Notes: generated by a model not told the origin, from the sequence alone. A stretch of DNA of 64,000 nt from a bacterium (GCA_965205865.1 CBDBHR010000017.1:32776-96775); one strand, 5' to 3'; shown: positions 20,059 through 30,821, counted from the stretch's first letter. Program-made: numbers and translations.

Positions 20059-22506
20059 ATGTCGGATAATGAAAAACTCATGGTAGAAAATTCTATTCCT
20101 CCTGACAATGAGGAAATGCAATCCAATGACAACAAATCCATTGTTCTGGCAACGGATGTCTTACCAGGCTACCTTCCCATCATTCCCATTCACGACCGGC
20201 CGATGTTCCCCAAGATGATGGTACCACTGATCATTGTTGATCCGATTGTGAAAAAGGAGATGCGCAAACTTCTAAAAGACTCCCAATCCGCTTCCATCTA
20301 TCTGGGGCTTGTCCTGGCAAGATATGTCCCGGAAGAACCCACACAGAAGCCCCAAACCGCCCGCGATCTCTATCGAGTTGGCAGTGTGGGTAGAGTCCTG
20401 GAAATGAACCAGTCCGAAAGAAATCAACCCCTTCATCTTGTCCTGCAAATCCTGGAACGCTTTGAAATCGAGGAAATTGTTCAGGAGAGCCCCATCTTTC
20501 AGGCAAAAGTTACATACTGGCCTGAGGTGCAAATGGAAATCAACGAAGAATTGAAGGCCTATTCAGTATCCCTCTTGGATGCCATGAAGGAGTTGATTCA
20601 GAAAAAACCGGCGTTTCGGGAAGAATTGAATTTGCTGTTGAACCGTCTCAACATCAATGAGCCCGGCACGCTGGCAGATTTTTCTGCGGCAATGACAACC
20701 TCCAGTGGGGAGGAGTTGCAAGAAATCCTGGAAACCCGCCAAATTCGACCTCGTATCGAAAAAGCGCTGATCTTGCTCAAAAAAGAACTGGAAATCTCCA
20801 AACTGCAGGGACAAATCAACAAGCGCATCGAAGAACGCCTGACCACGCAACAGCGTGAGTTTTTTCTCAAAGAGCAGCTCAAAGAAATTAAAAAAGAACT
20901 GGGTATCACCAAAGAAGATCAGGAAACGGAAGCAGACAAGTTTGAAAAGAGACTGAAAAATCTCCAGCTTAGTGAAGAAGCCCAAAATCGGATTGAGGAA
21001 GAATTGGAAAAGCTGCATCTGTTGGAGCCCTCTTCGGCGGAGTTCAATGTCACTCGCAATTACCTGGACTGGTTGACGATTCTCCCTTGGGGACGCCATA
21101 CCCGGGACAGATATGATTTGAAACGAGCAAAACGCATCCTGGAAAAAGACCACTTCGGATTGCAGGATGTCAAAGAGCGGATCCTGGAATTCATTTCCGT
21201 GGGAAAGCTGAAAGGCAGCCTTTCTGGTTCTATGATCCTGCTGGTCGGCCCTCCGGGTGTGGGGAAAACCTCCATCGGACAATCAGTGGCCAAAAGTGTG
21301 GGACGTAAATTCTACCGTTTTTCGGTGGGGGGGATACGGGACGAAGCGGAAATCAAAGGCCACCGCCGCACTTATGTCGGTGCCTTACCTGGAAAATTCA
21401 TCAATGCCATCAAAATTTGCAATACTGCCAATCCGGTGATCATGCTCGATGAAATCGATAAAATCGGAGCAAGCTTTCACGGAGATCCTGCGTCTGCGCT
21501 TTTAGAAGTGCTGGACCCGGAGCAGAATAAGGATTTTTTGGATCATTATCTCGATGTGCGATTTGATCTCTCCAAAATGCTCTTTATTTGCACCGCCAAT
21601 CAAGTGGAAACGATCCCGGCGCCTTTACTCGATCGTATGGAAGTGATTCGCCTCTCCGGCTACATCTTGGAAGATAAAATTCAGATTGCAAAACGGCATT
21701 TGATCCCCAAGCAATTGCAACTGCACGGCTTGCAGCGGCAACAGTTGAGCGTTTCGCAATCAGCGATTCGTCAGATCATTGACGGCTATGCCCGTGAAGC
21801 TGGCGTGCGGGGGTTGGAAAATCAAATCAAAAAAATCTTTCGTAAAGCCGCAAAAAAAATCGTTGAACAAGGCAGTGAAAAAGTCTCGATCCAAAGCGGA
21901 GATCTCCCCAAACTGCTGGGACGGAAAATCTTTCAAAAGGAATCCCTTTATAAAAAACCAAAGATCGGCGTGGTGATGGGTTTGGCCTACACCAGTATGG
22001 GAGGCACCACGCTTTATGTCGAGGCGGCCAAAATCCCTTCAAAAAATCCGGGACTGAAACAAACAGGACAGCTTGGGGAAGTGATGGTAGAGTCTTCCGA
22101 AATCGCTTACACCTACGTCCATTCGTTGCTCAGCGAACATGCCAAAATTCGGGATTTCTTCACAGAGAATTTTGTGCACCTCCATGTCCCGGCAGGGGCC
22201 ACTCCCAAAGACGGCCCGTCTGCCGGAATCACAATGGCCTGTGCCTTGTATTCCCTGGCCAGCGAACAGCCGATGAAAATCAATATGGCAATGACCGGCG
22301 AGCTCACGCTTACCGGCGCCGTTTTGCCGATTGGGGGATTGAAAGAAAAAATCATTGCGGCCAAAAGAGCCAATGTGGCTGAAGTCATTTTACCGCAGAA
22401 CAATCAGGAAGATTTTGAGGAATTGGAAGCCCACATCAAAGAAGGAATCACTGCCCATTTCGTAAATTCTTTTGAGCAAATACGTGATCTTTGTTTTTCT
22501 GTGTGA
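20059..22506 (+). CDS. lon: ATP-dependent Lon protease
   Basis: Walker A GPPGVGKT, DEAEIKGHRRTY, LDEIDK and catalytic PKDGPSAG. Confidence 0.97.
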   Translation: MSDNEKLMVENSIPPDNEEMQSNDNKSIVLATDVLPGYLPIIPIHDRPMFPKMMVPLIIVDPIVKKEMRKLLKDSQSASIYLGLVLARYVPEEPTQKPQTARDLYRVGSVGRVLEMNQSERNQPLHLVLQILERFEIEEIVQESPIFQAKVTYWPEVQMEINEELKAYSVSLLDAMKELIQKKPAFREELNLLLNRLNINEPGTLADFSAAMTTSSGEELQEILETRQIRPRIEKALILLKKELEISKLQGQINKRIEERLTTQQREFFLKEQLKEIKKELGITKEDQETEADKFEKRLKNLQLSEEAQNRIEEELEKLHLLEPSSAEFNVTRNYLDWLTILPWGRHTRDRYDLKRAKRILEKDHFGLQDVKERILEFISVGKLKGSLSGSMILLVGPPGVGKTSIGQSVAKSVGRKFYRFSVGGIRDEAEIKGHRRTYVGALPGKFINAIKICNTANPVIMLDEIDKIGASFHGDPASALLEVLDPEQNKDFLDHYLDVRFDLSKMLFICTANQVETIPAPLLDRMEVIRLSGYILEDKIQIAKRHLIPKQLQLHGLQRQQLSVSQSAIRQIIDGYAREAGVRGLENQIKKIFRKAAKKIVEQGSEKVSIQSGDLPKLLGRKIFQKESLYKKPKIGVVMGLAYTSMGGTTLYVEAAKIPSKNPGLKQTGQLGEVMVESSEIAYTYVHSLLSEHAKIRDFFTENFVHLHVPAGATPKDGPSAGITMACALYSLASEQPMKINMAMTGELTLTGAVLPIGGLKEKIIAAKRANVAEVILPQNNQEDFEELEAHIKEGITAHFVNSFEQIRDLCFSV

Positions 22507-22732
22507 TTGTCACTTGCAAACTTGGTAATCAATGGAAAGGGGGCAAGTCATCCAGGGTGAAACGTAAAGGAAAATGAAATTGAAAGAATAAGGGCTTTTC
22601 ATTCAGAATTTACAAAGAAAATGCGGCTTACCCCAAAAATATCATCGAGGATGGTGTCCAGATCTTTTTCCTCCTCTTGCCGAATAACCATATTTCCATG
22701 AGCCTGATGATTTTGAGAGAAACCAAAGATCC

Positions 22733-24191
22733 GTGACATTCGACTCCATTGACGGTGTGGAGCAAATCGTGAGCAATAAAATCAAACTGACGAAATACGA
22801 GTTGGAAATGTTGGCAGGGAAGCATGGCATTCCTCGCCGTTGGGCGATGGAACAGCAAATGCTCGTGGCCGGGTTTTTCGATGCGGAAGACTTTGTCGAA
22901 GTCTCGCGGGCGCACATCATGCGTGATACCGAATCTCTGGGAGAAGCAGGAATCGAGCAACTGGAGTACCTTGCCAATCAACCGGAAGGGGATAACAAAG
23001 TAGTAATTCCAACGGTTACCGACCCACGTGGGCTCGACATGAGTATCTATCAAAAACTCAATCAATCCGAAGAGTTTGCGAAACGCGAGCGACGCGCAGC
23101 CAAGGCCCTTTGCGCGATGGGCATCCTGATGACGGACACCTGTATTAATTATCAGACGATATCACCACCGGTTTTTGGGCAGCATCTGGCTTTTGGCGAT
23201 ACTGGCTCCGTCATTTATGCCAATAGCGTATTTGGAGCCCGCAGCAATTTCGAAGGGGGACCTGCGGCACTGGCTGCAGCTTTCACCGGTCGCGTGCCGA
23301 AATACGGACACCTGTATTAATTATCAGACGATATCACCACCGGTTTTTGGGCAGCATCTGGCTTTTGGCGATACTGGCTCCGTCATTTATGCCAATAGCG
23401 TATTTGGAGCCCGCAGCAATTTCGAAGGGGGACCTGCGGCACTGGCTGCAGCTTTCACCGGTCGCGTGCCGAAATATGGATGCCATCTCTCGAAAAATCG
23501 TAAAGCGACCCATCAGTTTCATGTTGATCATTGCCCAAGAACATTATCAGACTGGGGCGCTTTGGGTGCGGTAATTGGTAAAATGGCCGGATCCTACTGG
23601 TCGGTTCCCGCAATCACAGGAATTGAAAACTGCCCTACGTCGGATGAACTCAAGCACTTCGGGGCGGCTCTGGCGAGTTTCGGTTCCGTCCCCCTCTATC
23701 ATATGGAGGGCGTGACGCCGGAAGCCCTGGACATTCGAAACGTTTCGGATTCTGCCGATATTGATCATGCCACCATAAGGGATCGGGACATTCGGGGGTT
23801 TTACGCTTCATTTCAGCAATTCGAAAAGGTCGATGTAGTGGTCTTTGCGGCCCCGCAGTTGTCGCTATTCGAAATTCAACATATCGTCAGCATTATAAAC
23901 GGACGGCAAATCAGCAACTCGACCGCTCTTTTGATCGCAACTTCTCCGGAAATCAAGTCCGCGTGCGATAGATTCGGCATAACTGCCGAACTGGAAGATT
24001 GGGGAGCAATTGTTCTAACTGGCGTTTGCTTTTACCAGATGTACGCCCGCGAGCTTCGGGAAGCGAATGGTTGGGATCGTTTGGTGAGCAATTCCGCAAA
24101 ACTGGTCAACATCATCGCCGGATATGGATATGAACCGGTGCTTGCTACCACAGAGCAGTGTGTCGAAGCAGCGATAACAGGAAAGCTGTAA
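22733..24191 (+). pseudogene. Aconitase X catalytic subunit (DUF521), frameshifted by a 172-bp tandem duplication
   Basis: TCINY, YANSVFGARSNFEGGPAALAAA, LKHFGAALASFG and SNSAK motifs, split over ORFs 22733-23320 and 23175-24191. Confidence 0.85.
23132..23475. repeat. 172-bp perfect tandem duplication
   Basis: acggacacctgtattaattatcagacg... starts at both 23132 and 23304. Confidence 0.95.
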
Positions 24192-24631
24192 TGGAAACGC
24201 ATAATATTTACGAATGCCACTTGGGAATTGGGCGGAAGGTGAGCGGAATGGCAATTGCCGCGGGCGATGATTTCAGCGCGCGTTATGATCTGGACCGTAT
24301 TCGAGGCGTGTTTTCGCGACCGTCTCATGGGCTATATGGTAAAAGCTATGTAAACAAGATCCTCGTATTAAATACGGCGAAAGGCGGCGTAGCAACTGCA
24401 TGGATGCTGCTGGATATGGTATCCCGCAAAATAGCGCCGACCGCTCTTGTGCTGAATTCGGCGAATCCGATCATGGCGCAAGGCGCCGCTTTTTCGGGTT
24501 TGACGCTTGTAGACCGGTTCAATGTGGATATAACGAGCGAACTGTCTACAGGGGATTTTGTGACCGTCGACCCGCAAGCCGGCCTTGTCATCATAGAAAG
24601 GGCAGAGTCGCCTTTTGACCTTTCGACTTGA
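24191..24631 (+). CDS. Aconitase X swivel subunit (DUF126)
   Basis: Coupled to the upstream gene by a TAATG overlap; KILVLNTAKGG, APTALV and GDFVTVD motifs. Confidence 0.85.
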   Translation: METHNIYECHLGIGRKVSGMAIAAGDDFSARYDLDRIRGVFSRPSHGLYGKSYVNKILVLNTAKGGVATAWMLLDMVSRKIAPTALVLNSANPIMAQGAAFSGLTLVDRFNVDITSELSTGDFVTVDPQAGLVIIERAESPFDLST

Positions 24632-24689
24632 CTTCTTTCGAAAAAATAAAGTGTATTGCTCCGCTGGCTTTTAGCCCATTCAATGAGGT

Positions 24690-24746
24690 GGTATTCCGAA
24701 TGAATGTGAGGAATCTTGAAGATCCCTCCCTCCGGTCGAGATGACA
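24690..24746. repeat. REP-like palindromic element (GTCATTCCGAA...GAGGAATCT / AGAT...GATGAC type)
   Basis: Sequence ggtattccgaatgaatgtgaggaatcttgaagatccctccctccggtcgagatgaca. Confidence 0.55.
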
Positions 24747-24807
24747 CCTGGGGGTACAACCTGATGAACCATTACAATCAGCTTTACCGTTTCAGGATAA
24801 ATATTTA

Positions 24808-25910
24808 ATGCCTGCGCTCAATCTCAAACCGACCCACAAGGTCATCAAAGATTACTATCATTTCCTGCAACAATTTGACAAATTAAGTTTCACCCATGAA
24901 AGTTCTGTGCGACCGGCATTCCATTCCTTGCTCGAAGGGTGTGGAAAACAGTGCGGTTGGAAGCTGATTCCCGAATATTCCATCAACCTCGCTCTAAACA
25001 AACGGATTGTCGTCGATGGCGCATTGATCGACGATTTTAAATTGACGCACGGTTACTGGGAGGCTAAGGACATCCACGACGATTTGCCTGGAGAAGTGCT
25101 TCGCAAGTTCGAGGCGGGCTATCCGCAGACCAACATTCTCTTCCAAACCCCAAAACGAGCTATTATTTGGCAGAACGAACAGCGAGTGCTCGATAATGAC
25201 CTGAGCGATCCGGAACAATTAATCGAGACGCTGCAGACCTTTTTTTCATACCGTCCGCAACAATACGCCGAATGGCAGGAGGCAGTTGCGCAGTTCAAAG
25301 ACAAAGTTCCTGACATCGGAAGTGGAGTGGCGAAGCTGATTCAGGAGGAACGAAGGAGCAACAGAGTCTTTACCAACGCCTTTAAGGACTTTTTGGAGAA
25401 ATGTCGCGCCTCGATCAATCCCAACCTCTCTGAGGTTGCCGTCGAGGAGATGCTGGTGCAACATCTCCTGACAGAACGGATTTTCCGGAAGGTCTTTGAC
25501 AACCCCGACTTCACCGACCGTAATGTCATTGCCAGAGAAATCGAAACGGTGATCCGGGCCCTCACCTCACACGCGTTCAGTCGACGTGATTTCCTTAAAA
25601 GCCTGGACCACTTCTATGTCGCAATCGGGCGAACGGCGGCAACCATCAACAATTTTTCACAGAAACAGCACTTCCTCAACACGGTCTACGAACAGTTTTT
25701 CCAGGGCTTTTCGGTCGAGGTTGCCGATACGCATGGTATCGTCTACACGCCACAATCCATTGTAGAATTCATAGTGAAGAGCGTAGAGCAGATCCTACGA
25801 GAAGAATTTGATTGTTCTCTTTCAGACGAGGGAGTGCGCATCATCGACCCGTTCGTCGGCACCGGCAATTTCATCGTCTGCATCATGCAAGAAATCCGCA
25901 AAACCGCGCT
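24808..25910 (+). pseudogene. Truncated type IIG/ISP-like restriction-modification enzyme (nuclease plus N6-MTase N-terminal part)
   Basis: VDG...GYWEAKD nuclease motif, HGIVYTPQSIV, SAM motif I IIDPFVGTGNF; the sequence switches to IS1 DNA at about 25910. Confidence 0.85.
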
Positions 25911-26575
25911 GGGGGGCGGGGCTTGCGAATGCCCCCGGCGCCACAGACTCCCGAAGGCCTCAACGCTCGCCTTGGTCTCGTCTTTCCCGAGGCCCCTGGC
26001 GGCCCGCAGCCGGGTGTCGATGTCGGTCACGGTCGAGCGCCAGAAGGAGCCGCTTGTTTCGGTTTCTCGATAGTTTTTTTTGAACCCTTGTTCTGCACAT
26101 AAGCCCACAGGCCATCGATTTGAGCGCGCCGCACCTGGTGCTTGCCGAGCAGGAACTCCTCGACTTCTTCGGCGTGTTCCCCGGCTTCGCGGACCCAAGA
26201 GAGGATCGTGTCGGTCTTCACTCCCTTGGTCCGGGAGACACTGCTGATGCGCGATCCTTCCGCAATCTGCGACAGGGCATCGAGGATCGTCTCCTCGGGA
26301 CTGCGCTTCCGGTAGAACAGGGTGCCCTTGGTCTCCGTGAAGCTTGAGCCGCAGACCTTGCAGCGGAACCTTTGACGACCCGATCGGGTCTTGCCGTGCT
26401 TGATGATCATGCCAGGGGAGCCTTCCTCTTCGCATTGGTCGTGGTTGGAGCAAGATGAGTTGGGACAAAAGTCTCCCACTTGGGCCAGTCTTCGCATTGG
26501 ATACTTTCAGAAACAGGGTGAACACAACCCTTAAGAATAACCAAAACCGCAACAACACTCAACAGGGTGACTACC
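25911..26575 (-). mobile_element. Truncated IS1-family element with an A8C frameshift signal
   Basis: InsA-like Zn ribbon and HTH (CPNSSC...RQRFRCKVC, 26027-26497), slippery TCAAAAAAAAC at about 26073-26083, InsB-like continuation in another frame, and a GGTAGTCACCC-type end at 26575. Confidence 0.8.
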
Positions 26576-26912
26576 AACGGGCGATTTGCTGTTTTAATTC
26601 ACGGAGTTCTTCTTCTGTAAGATTCTGGACTTTGGACATTCGATTTATTCTTTTAATTTTCATTATTCAATAATATCAATTGGTTGAAATTCTGTAAAAA
26701 ATTAATACAGGTTACTGTTTTCCATTTTTGATGATACGACCTGTATTAATTCCAATACAGATTCGTAAGACATTGATTTTATTAAACTCAAAAGTTAGAT
26801 AAAATGTTCAAAGTCGAGTAAGATTGGTACTGTATAATTTTAATAGTTCCAGCTGCAAATCAGTCAACGGTGTTCGAAACCCTTCTTGAAATTTGGATTT
26901 GTTTGGTTGCAT
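26576..26912 (-). pseudogene. Small antitoxin-like gene interrupted by a MITE and cut by IS1
   Basis: GGAGG RBS and ATG 26912. Removing the MITE gives MQPNKSKFQEGFRTPLTDLQLELLKLYSTNLTEEELRELKQQIAR. The family assignment is from recall only. Confidence 0.65.
26625..26818. mobile_element. 194-bp MITE with a 7-bp target-site duplication TAAGATT
   Basis: Terminal inverted repeats CTGGACTTTGGACATT / AATGTTCAAAGTCGAG; TAAGATT at 26618-26624 and 26819-26825. Confidence 0.85.
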
Positions 26913-27007
26913 AAACCTCCTTCCGGAAAGTCGTCTCCATATCAGTCTTTCCTACGGATCTTAATTTATGACAAAATCATTGTAAATCTTGGCACCTTTC
27001 ATTTTCC

Positions 27008-27115
27008 AGTTGACAGTTCCTCTGTCATCCTCGCGAATGCGGGGATCCATCTTCGTGACTACCACTGGATTCCTGCCTGTACAGGAATGACGACAAAGGC
27101 GGCAAACTGTCAACT
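27008..27115. repeat. Palindromic repeat element (GTCATYCCCGCG..GCGGGAATCCA / TGGATTCC..GGAATGAC type) inside an outer 11-bp inverted repeat
   Basis: agttgacagtt ... gtcatcctcgcgaatgcggggatcca ... tggattcctgcctgtacaggaatgac ... aactgtcaact. Confidence 0.75.
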
Positions 27116-27275
27116 ATTTTTACTATTTTTGAAGGGTCCAGAAATCTTTATCAATTTGTTCGTAAACATTATATCAAAGCCCCTATGACAAGCAAGTTAT
27201 ACTACGTTGCGTTTAAAATATGACAATTGAGATAGGAGAAGTTGGTCATTTGCCGGAGAGCTTTGGAAACCTGAG

Positions 27276-27674
27276 TTAGAGGGCAAGGGGGCTCCCTCCA
27301 CCGGGGACACGACGCGCCACCCCTTTAAAGTTAATACGATTGCGAACCTTGTTGTTCCGCGCGGCAACAGCTTTATCCGCTTCCCTCATGACTCCCGAGG
27401 GAGGAGCCGCCCTTTCAAAATGATCAAAAGTGTCTTCACCAGCCAACAAATGCACCACCCGCTTTTCGCCTGAAACCAATTTCATCTCAGGGGAAATGTA
27501 GCGAATCGCCAAACCAATGCGTCGGTCTGCAGACCGGTTTGCCGGGGAGGCGTGGAACATTCTGCCATGGTGCAGGGACATTTCTCCCGGCTGCAAAACG
27601 ATGTCGACGGTCTCCCCCTCCCGGACCTCTTTGCTGAGCACCTGCCCCCGAGAAAGCATATTGATTTCCTCTAA
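27276..27674 (-). pseudogene. C-terminal fragment of a phytanoyl-CoA dioxygenase (PhyH) family protein
   Basis: NMLSRGQ...LQPGEMSLHHGRMFHASPANRSADRRIGLAIRY; the 5' part is replaced by IS5. Confidence 0.8.
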
Positions 27675-28562
27675 GAACCTGTTTGAAAGTCATTTAATTC
27701 TCTTTAACATCAAGCAAATCATAGCGACATAGATCATGTTTTCAGAGTTTTTTGTTTTTCTTTCATAATCGATGTTGAGTCTTCGATACCATCCAAACCA
27801 GGAAAAGGTTCTTTCGACGATCCACCTTTTCGGTAGGACCTGAAAGCCCGTTCCTTGGAGGTTTAGAGTGATCTCAAGTTCACATTGAAATCGATTCCAT
27901 AACCATTGGGCTAATTCCCCTCGATAACCTCCGTCGGCCCAAATCATCTGAATCGAAAAGAACCAGCTAAACATCGATTCCAAAAGATCGTAAGCACTTT
28001 TGGAATCGGAGGCATTGGCATCAGTGACTTTAACCATGAGAGGAATTCCCGAGATATCAACAGCTACATGCCTTTTATGCCCTTTGATTCGTTTATTTCC
28101 ATCAAAACCTCGACTATCAGCCAGTTCCGTGGTTTTGACGGATTGACTATCAATCATTGCAGCACTGGGTTCGGGAGCTCTGCCCATTTCTATTCGGGTT
28201 TGCCGATGGAGAAACTGGTGAATCAGGAACCAAGTGTCGTTCTTGCACCATTTATTGTAGTGGTAATAAACACTTTGCCAAGGAGGAAAATCTTTGGGAA
28301 GCATTCTCCATTGACAACCCGTGGTCACTACATACAAAATGGCGTTTATGATAACTCGTAGTTCCCATTTACGAAGGTGGGCTCCACGAGTTGAAAGTTC
28401 GGGAAGGTACTCTTGAAGTCTTTCCCATTGTTTATCACTGACATCACTGTTATAACCTGAACGTTCCATGTTCACTCCTTGTTATTAAGGCTTCATTTCT
28501 CTCAAAATGAATGTGACATGGAACACTTCCAATTGGAAGCTCAACTTATTTCAAACAGGTTC
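27675..28562 (-). mobile_element. IS5-family (IS1031-like) element, copy 1; transposase 27690-28475
   Basis: Inverted repeats GAACCTGTTTGAAA / TTTCAAACAGGTTC with TAA on both flanks; transposase motifs GCQWRMLP, IDSQSVK, WADGGY and RWIVERTFSW. Confidence 0.95.
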
Positions 28563-28591
28563 TAAGTTCCTGAGCTGGTTCGAATTCCGTA

Positions 28592-28855
28592 CTATTTGAT
28601 TTTGTTGAAGAGGGTGGCCCGGGAGATCCCCAGGGCGGAAGCAGTTTTTACCTTGTGTCCCCGGGAATTTTTCAGGGCGCTGAGAATCGTCGCTTTTTCA
28701 TAATCCGCGACGGCCTGATCCAGCGCAATTTTCCTGTGGTTGATGCTATCTCCGAAATTTGAAGTTTCGCTGATTTTAGATTTCATCTGTTCCCCCAGAA
28801 AATCAACCTCTCCCAGAGTGACATAGCGATTCAGGGTGTTTTGCAGCTCCCGTAG
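28592..28855 (-). pseudogene. C-terminal fragment of a sigma-54-dependent activator (Fis-type HTH)
   Basis: RELQNTLNRY...KTASALGISRATLFNKIK. Confidence 0.75.
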
Positions 28856-29015
28856 GAATGCCACTTTTTTAAACGCAACTCGGTATAAGGGGTCATAAAG
28901 TCAAAATGAGGTTTTAAGGGTCGCTTCAAATTCCTCAGAAAAAAATATAAGGTATTCTCAATACATTTGTGGTAATTTGTATACAATCGTATCACAATCA
29001 ATCCAAAGGAGGAAA

Positions 29016-29243
29016 ATGAGAGTTTCCATTCGTATCAACGATGAAATATATACAGCAGCAAAGATGACAGCCAAGGCCGAATGTAGAAGCATCGCCAATC
29101 AAATTGAATTTTGGGCTAAAGTGGGAAAAGCGGCACTAGAAAACCCCGATCTCCCCATTGATTTTGTTCGAGACATCCTGATTTCTAAAAATCAAGATCC
29201 GAGCCTTGCTGAACCTTTTGTTCCAGAAGGAGCTGATGAATAA
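29016..29243 (+). CDS. ParD-like antitoxin
   Basis: AAGGAGG RBS; MRVSIRINDEIY..AK..AKAECRSIANQIEFWAKVGKAALENPDLP. Confidence 0.88.
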   Translation: MRVSIRINDEIYTAAKMTAKAECRSIANQIEFWAKVGKAALENPDLPIDFVRDILISKNQDPSLAEPFVPEGADE

Positions 29244-29514
29244 GGCTCAAGTTTTTCAAAAACCTCTATTCAAGCGTGCCTATAAAAAACTGCATAAAAA
29301 TCAAAAAAAGGCGACCGATCAGGCCATTCATGAAATCGTTGAAAATCCAATGATAGGCGTCCAAAAGAAAGGGGATTTAGCAGGGGTTTTTGTGCATAAA
29401 TTTGATTGTGTGAATCAACAGTTCCTTTTTGCTTACCAGTGGAATCCTGAAAAACGGATTTTGCTCGCTCTTGGAGTTCACGAAAACTTTTACCGAGATT
29501 TAAAAAAGGAATAG
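29236..29514 (+). CDS. RelE/ParE-like toxin
   Basis: Overlaps the antitoxin stop; FKRAYKKLH...NPMIGVQKKGDL...LGVHENFYRDLK. Confidence 0.88.
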   Translation: MNKAQVFQKPLFKRAYKKLHKNQKKATDQAIHEIVENPMIGVQKKGDLAGVFVHKFDCVNQQFLFAYQWNPEKRILLALGVHENFYRDLKKE

Positions 29515-29702
29515 CCCAAATCAAATAGCCAACAAGCACTTGTCTATTTGTCTTTTATTAATTTATCTAAAATTACAGGTTTCCACTCTGAGTGCCTGAC
29601 CCAGGAGCCGCAGAGCCACCCCGTATCGCTAAGGGAAGCGAGTTGGTACGCAGCACCGATTCGGACCGCCTCGCGCACCCGATTATTTCCCTCGTTTGGG
29701 TT

Positions 29703-30630
29703 TTAATGGAGATGAGCAGATACGTCGCAGGATTCAACCACCATTTTCAGCCGTTCCATATGCTCGTCAGAGGGAGGCTCGAGATGAGATAGTTCATAAT
29801 GTCGGTCAAGTTTGCTAAATGTATGGGAACCTAACCGTTCATGAAATTTTTTTTTCACCCCCGATCATGAAAATACTGTATACTTCTATTGATCGGTGTT
29901 GAGGTCGTCGCAACTTTGGAGGCACATCATTGACCCCGTAACATAAGCTGACCCAAGCAGCTTCGTTTGAACCCCCGATTGCACATGCGTTTTTGAGCAT
30001 AGTGCACATAGTAAGATAACCAACTTTCATGAGGTTATCGAACTGCTGTACCGATCATTCTTGTCCCTTTTTGAAGAGGACGTTATCTTTGCGAATCGGG
30101 AACTCAAAGAATATTAGTGTCAAACGACACATTTAAATGTTTGAATGATCTTTAAATTGTTATCATTGTCCCGCTGACAATGCTGTTTATGTCATCACGG
30201 GTGAAGTGCGCTCTCAAACAAACATTATTTTCATAGTAAGTTGTGATAGGGCATCAGCTCAAGGTAGATAAAATCACCCCCTAATTCCGTAGCGAATCTT
30301 GCAGCGGCCGCTATGTTCTCCTCGGAATCATTACACCCTGGAATGACAGGAATGCGGATAATGATTGGACGCAAGGCGGCGGTTTTTCTGGCATTATCCA
30401 GGATCAGTTCATTGGGAACACCGGTGAGTGCTTTGTGGGTGACGGAATTCATGTGCTTTATGTCGAAATGGACGAGGTCGAGATGCTCAAGAATCATCTC
30501 TAGATTCTCCCACTTGACATACCCACATGTTTCTATCGCCGTGTGTATTTCATGCTCTTTGCACTTTTTGAAGAATGCGGTCAGGAATTCATGCTGCATG
30601 GTTGCTTCGCCGCCCCCCACCGTTACACCA
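29703..30630 (-). pseudogene. Glycyl-radical enzyme activating enzyme remnant (5'-deleted, interrupted by a 402-bp insertion)
   Basis: GVTVGGGEA, HTAIETCGY, FDIKHM, IRIPVIPG and LMPYHNL; the frame resumes after the insertion as GSHTFSKLDRHYELSHLEPPSDEHMERLK... Confidence 0.85.
29835..30236. mobile_element. 402-bp non-autonomous insertion with a 3-bp TAA duplication
   Basis: TAA at 29832-29834 and 30237-30239; removal restores YHNL-GSHTF. Terminal repeats are weak (ccgttcatgaaa / ttttcatag). Confidence 0.7.
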
Positions 30631-30821
30631 TGTTTGACCCGGGCATAGGCATCAGCCATATACGCCGCTCCTTTTTCACCACGGTTCTGAACACGCTTGA
30701 TTCCTAACTTTTCCATTTCCATCAAGGTTCTCGGGCCGATGTAAGGCATAAAAAAAGCATGGGTGATGCCGTACCCATGGACGGTTTCTGCTTAAAATTA
30801 AGCTCCGGTCATTTTTGGCAT
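30625..30821 (-). pseudogene. N-terminal remnant of a thiamine-diphosphate enzyme (acetolactate synthase-like)
   Basis: MPKMTGA*F*AETVHGYGITHAFFMPYIG...RGEKGAAYMADAYARV, with two nonsense codons. Confidence 0.75.

Noticed and set aside
20563-21282. 239-aa antisense ORF within lon, and similar ORFs opposite other core genes
   Set aside because: Codon-bias shadows of well-supported genes.
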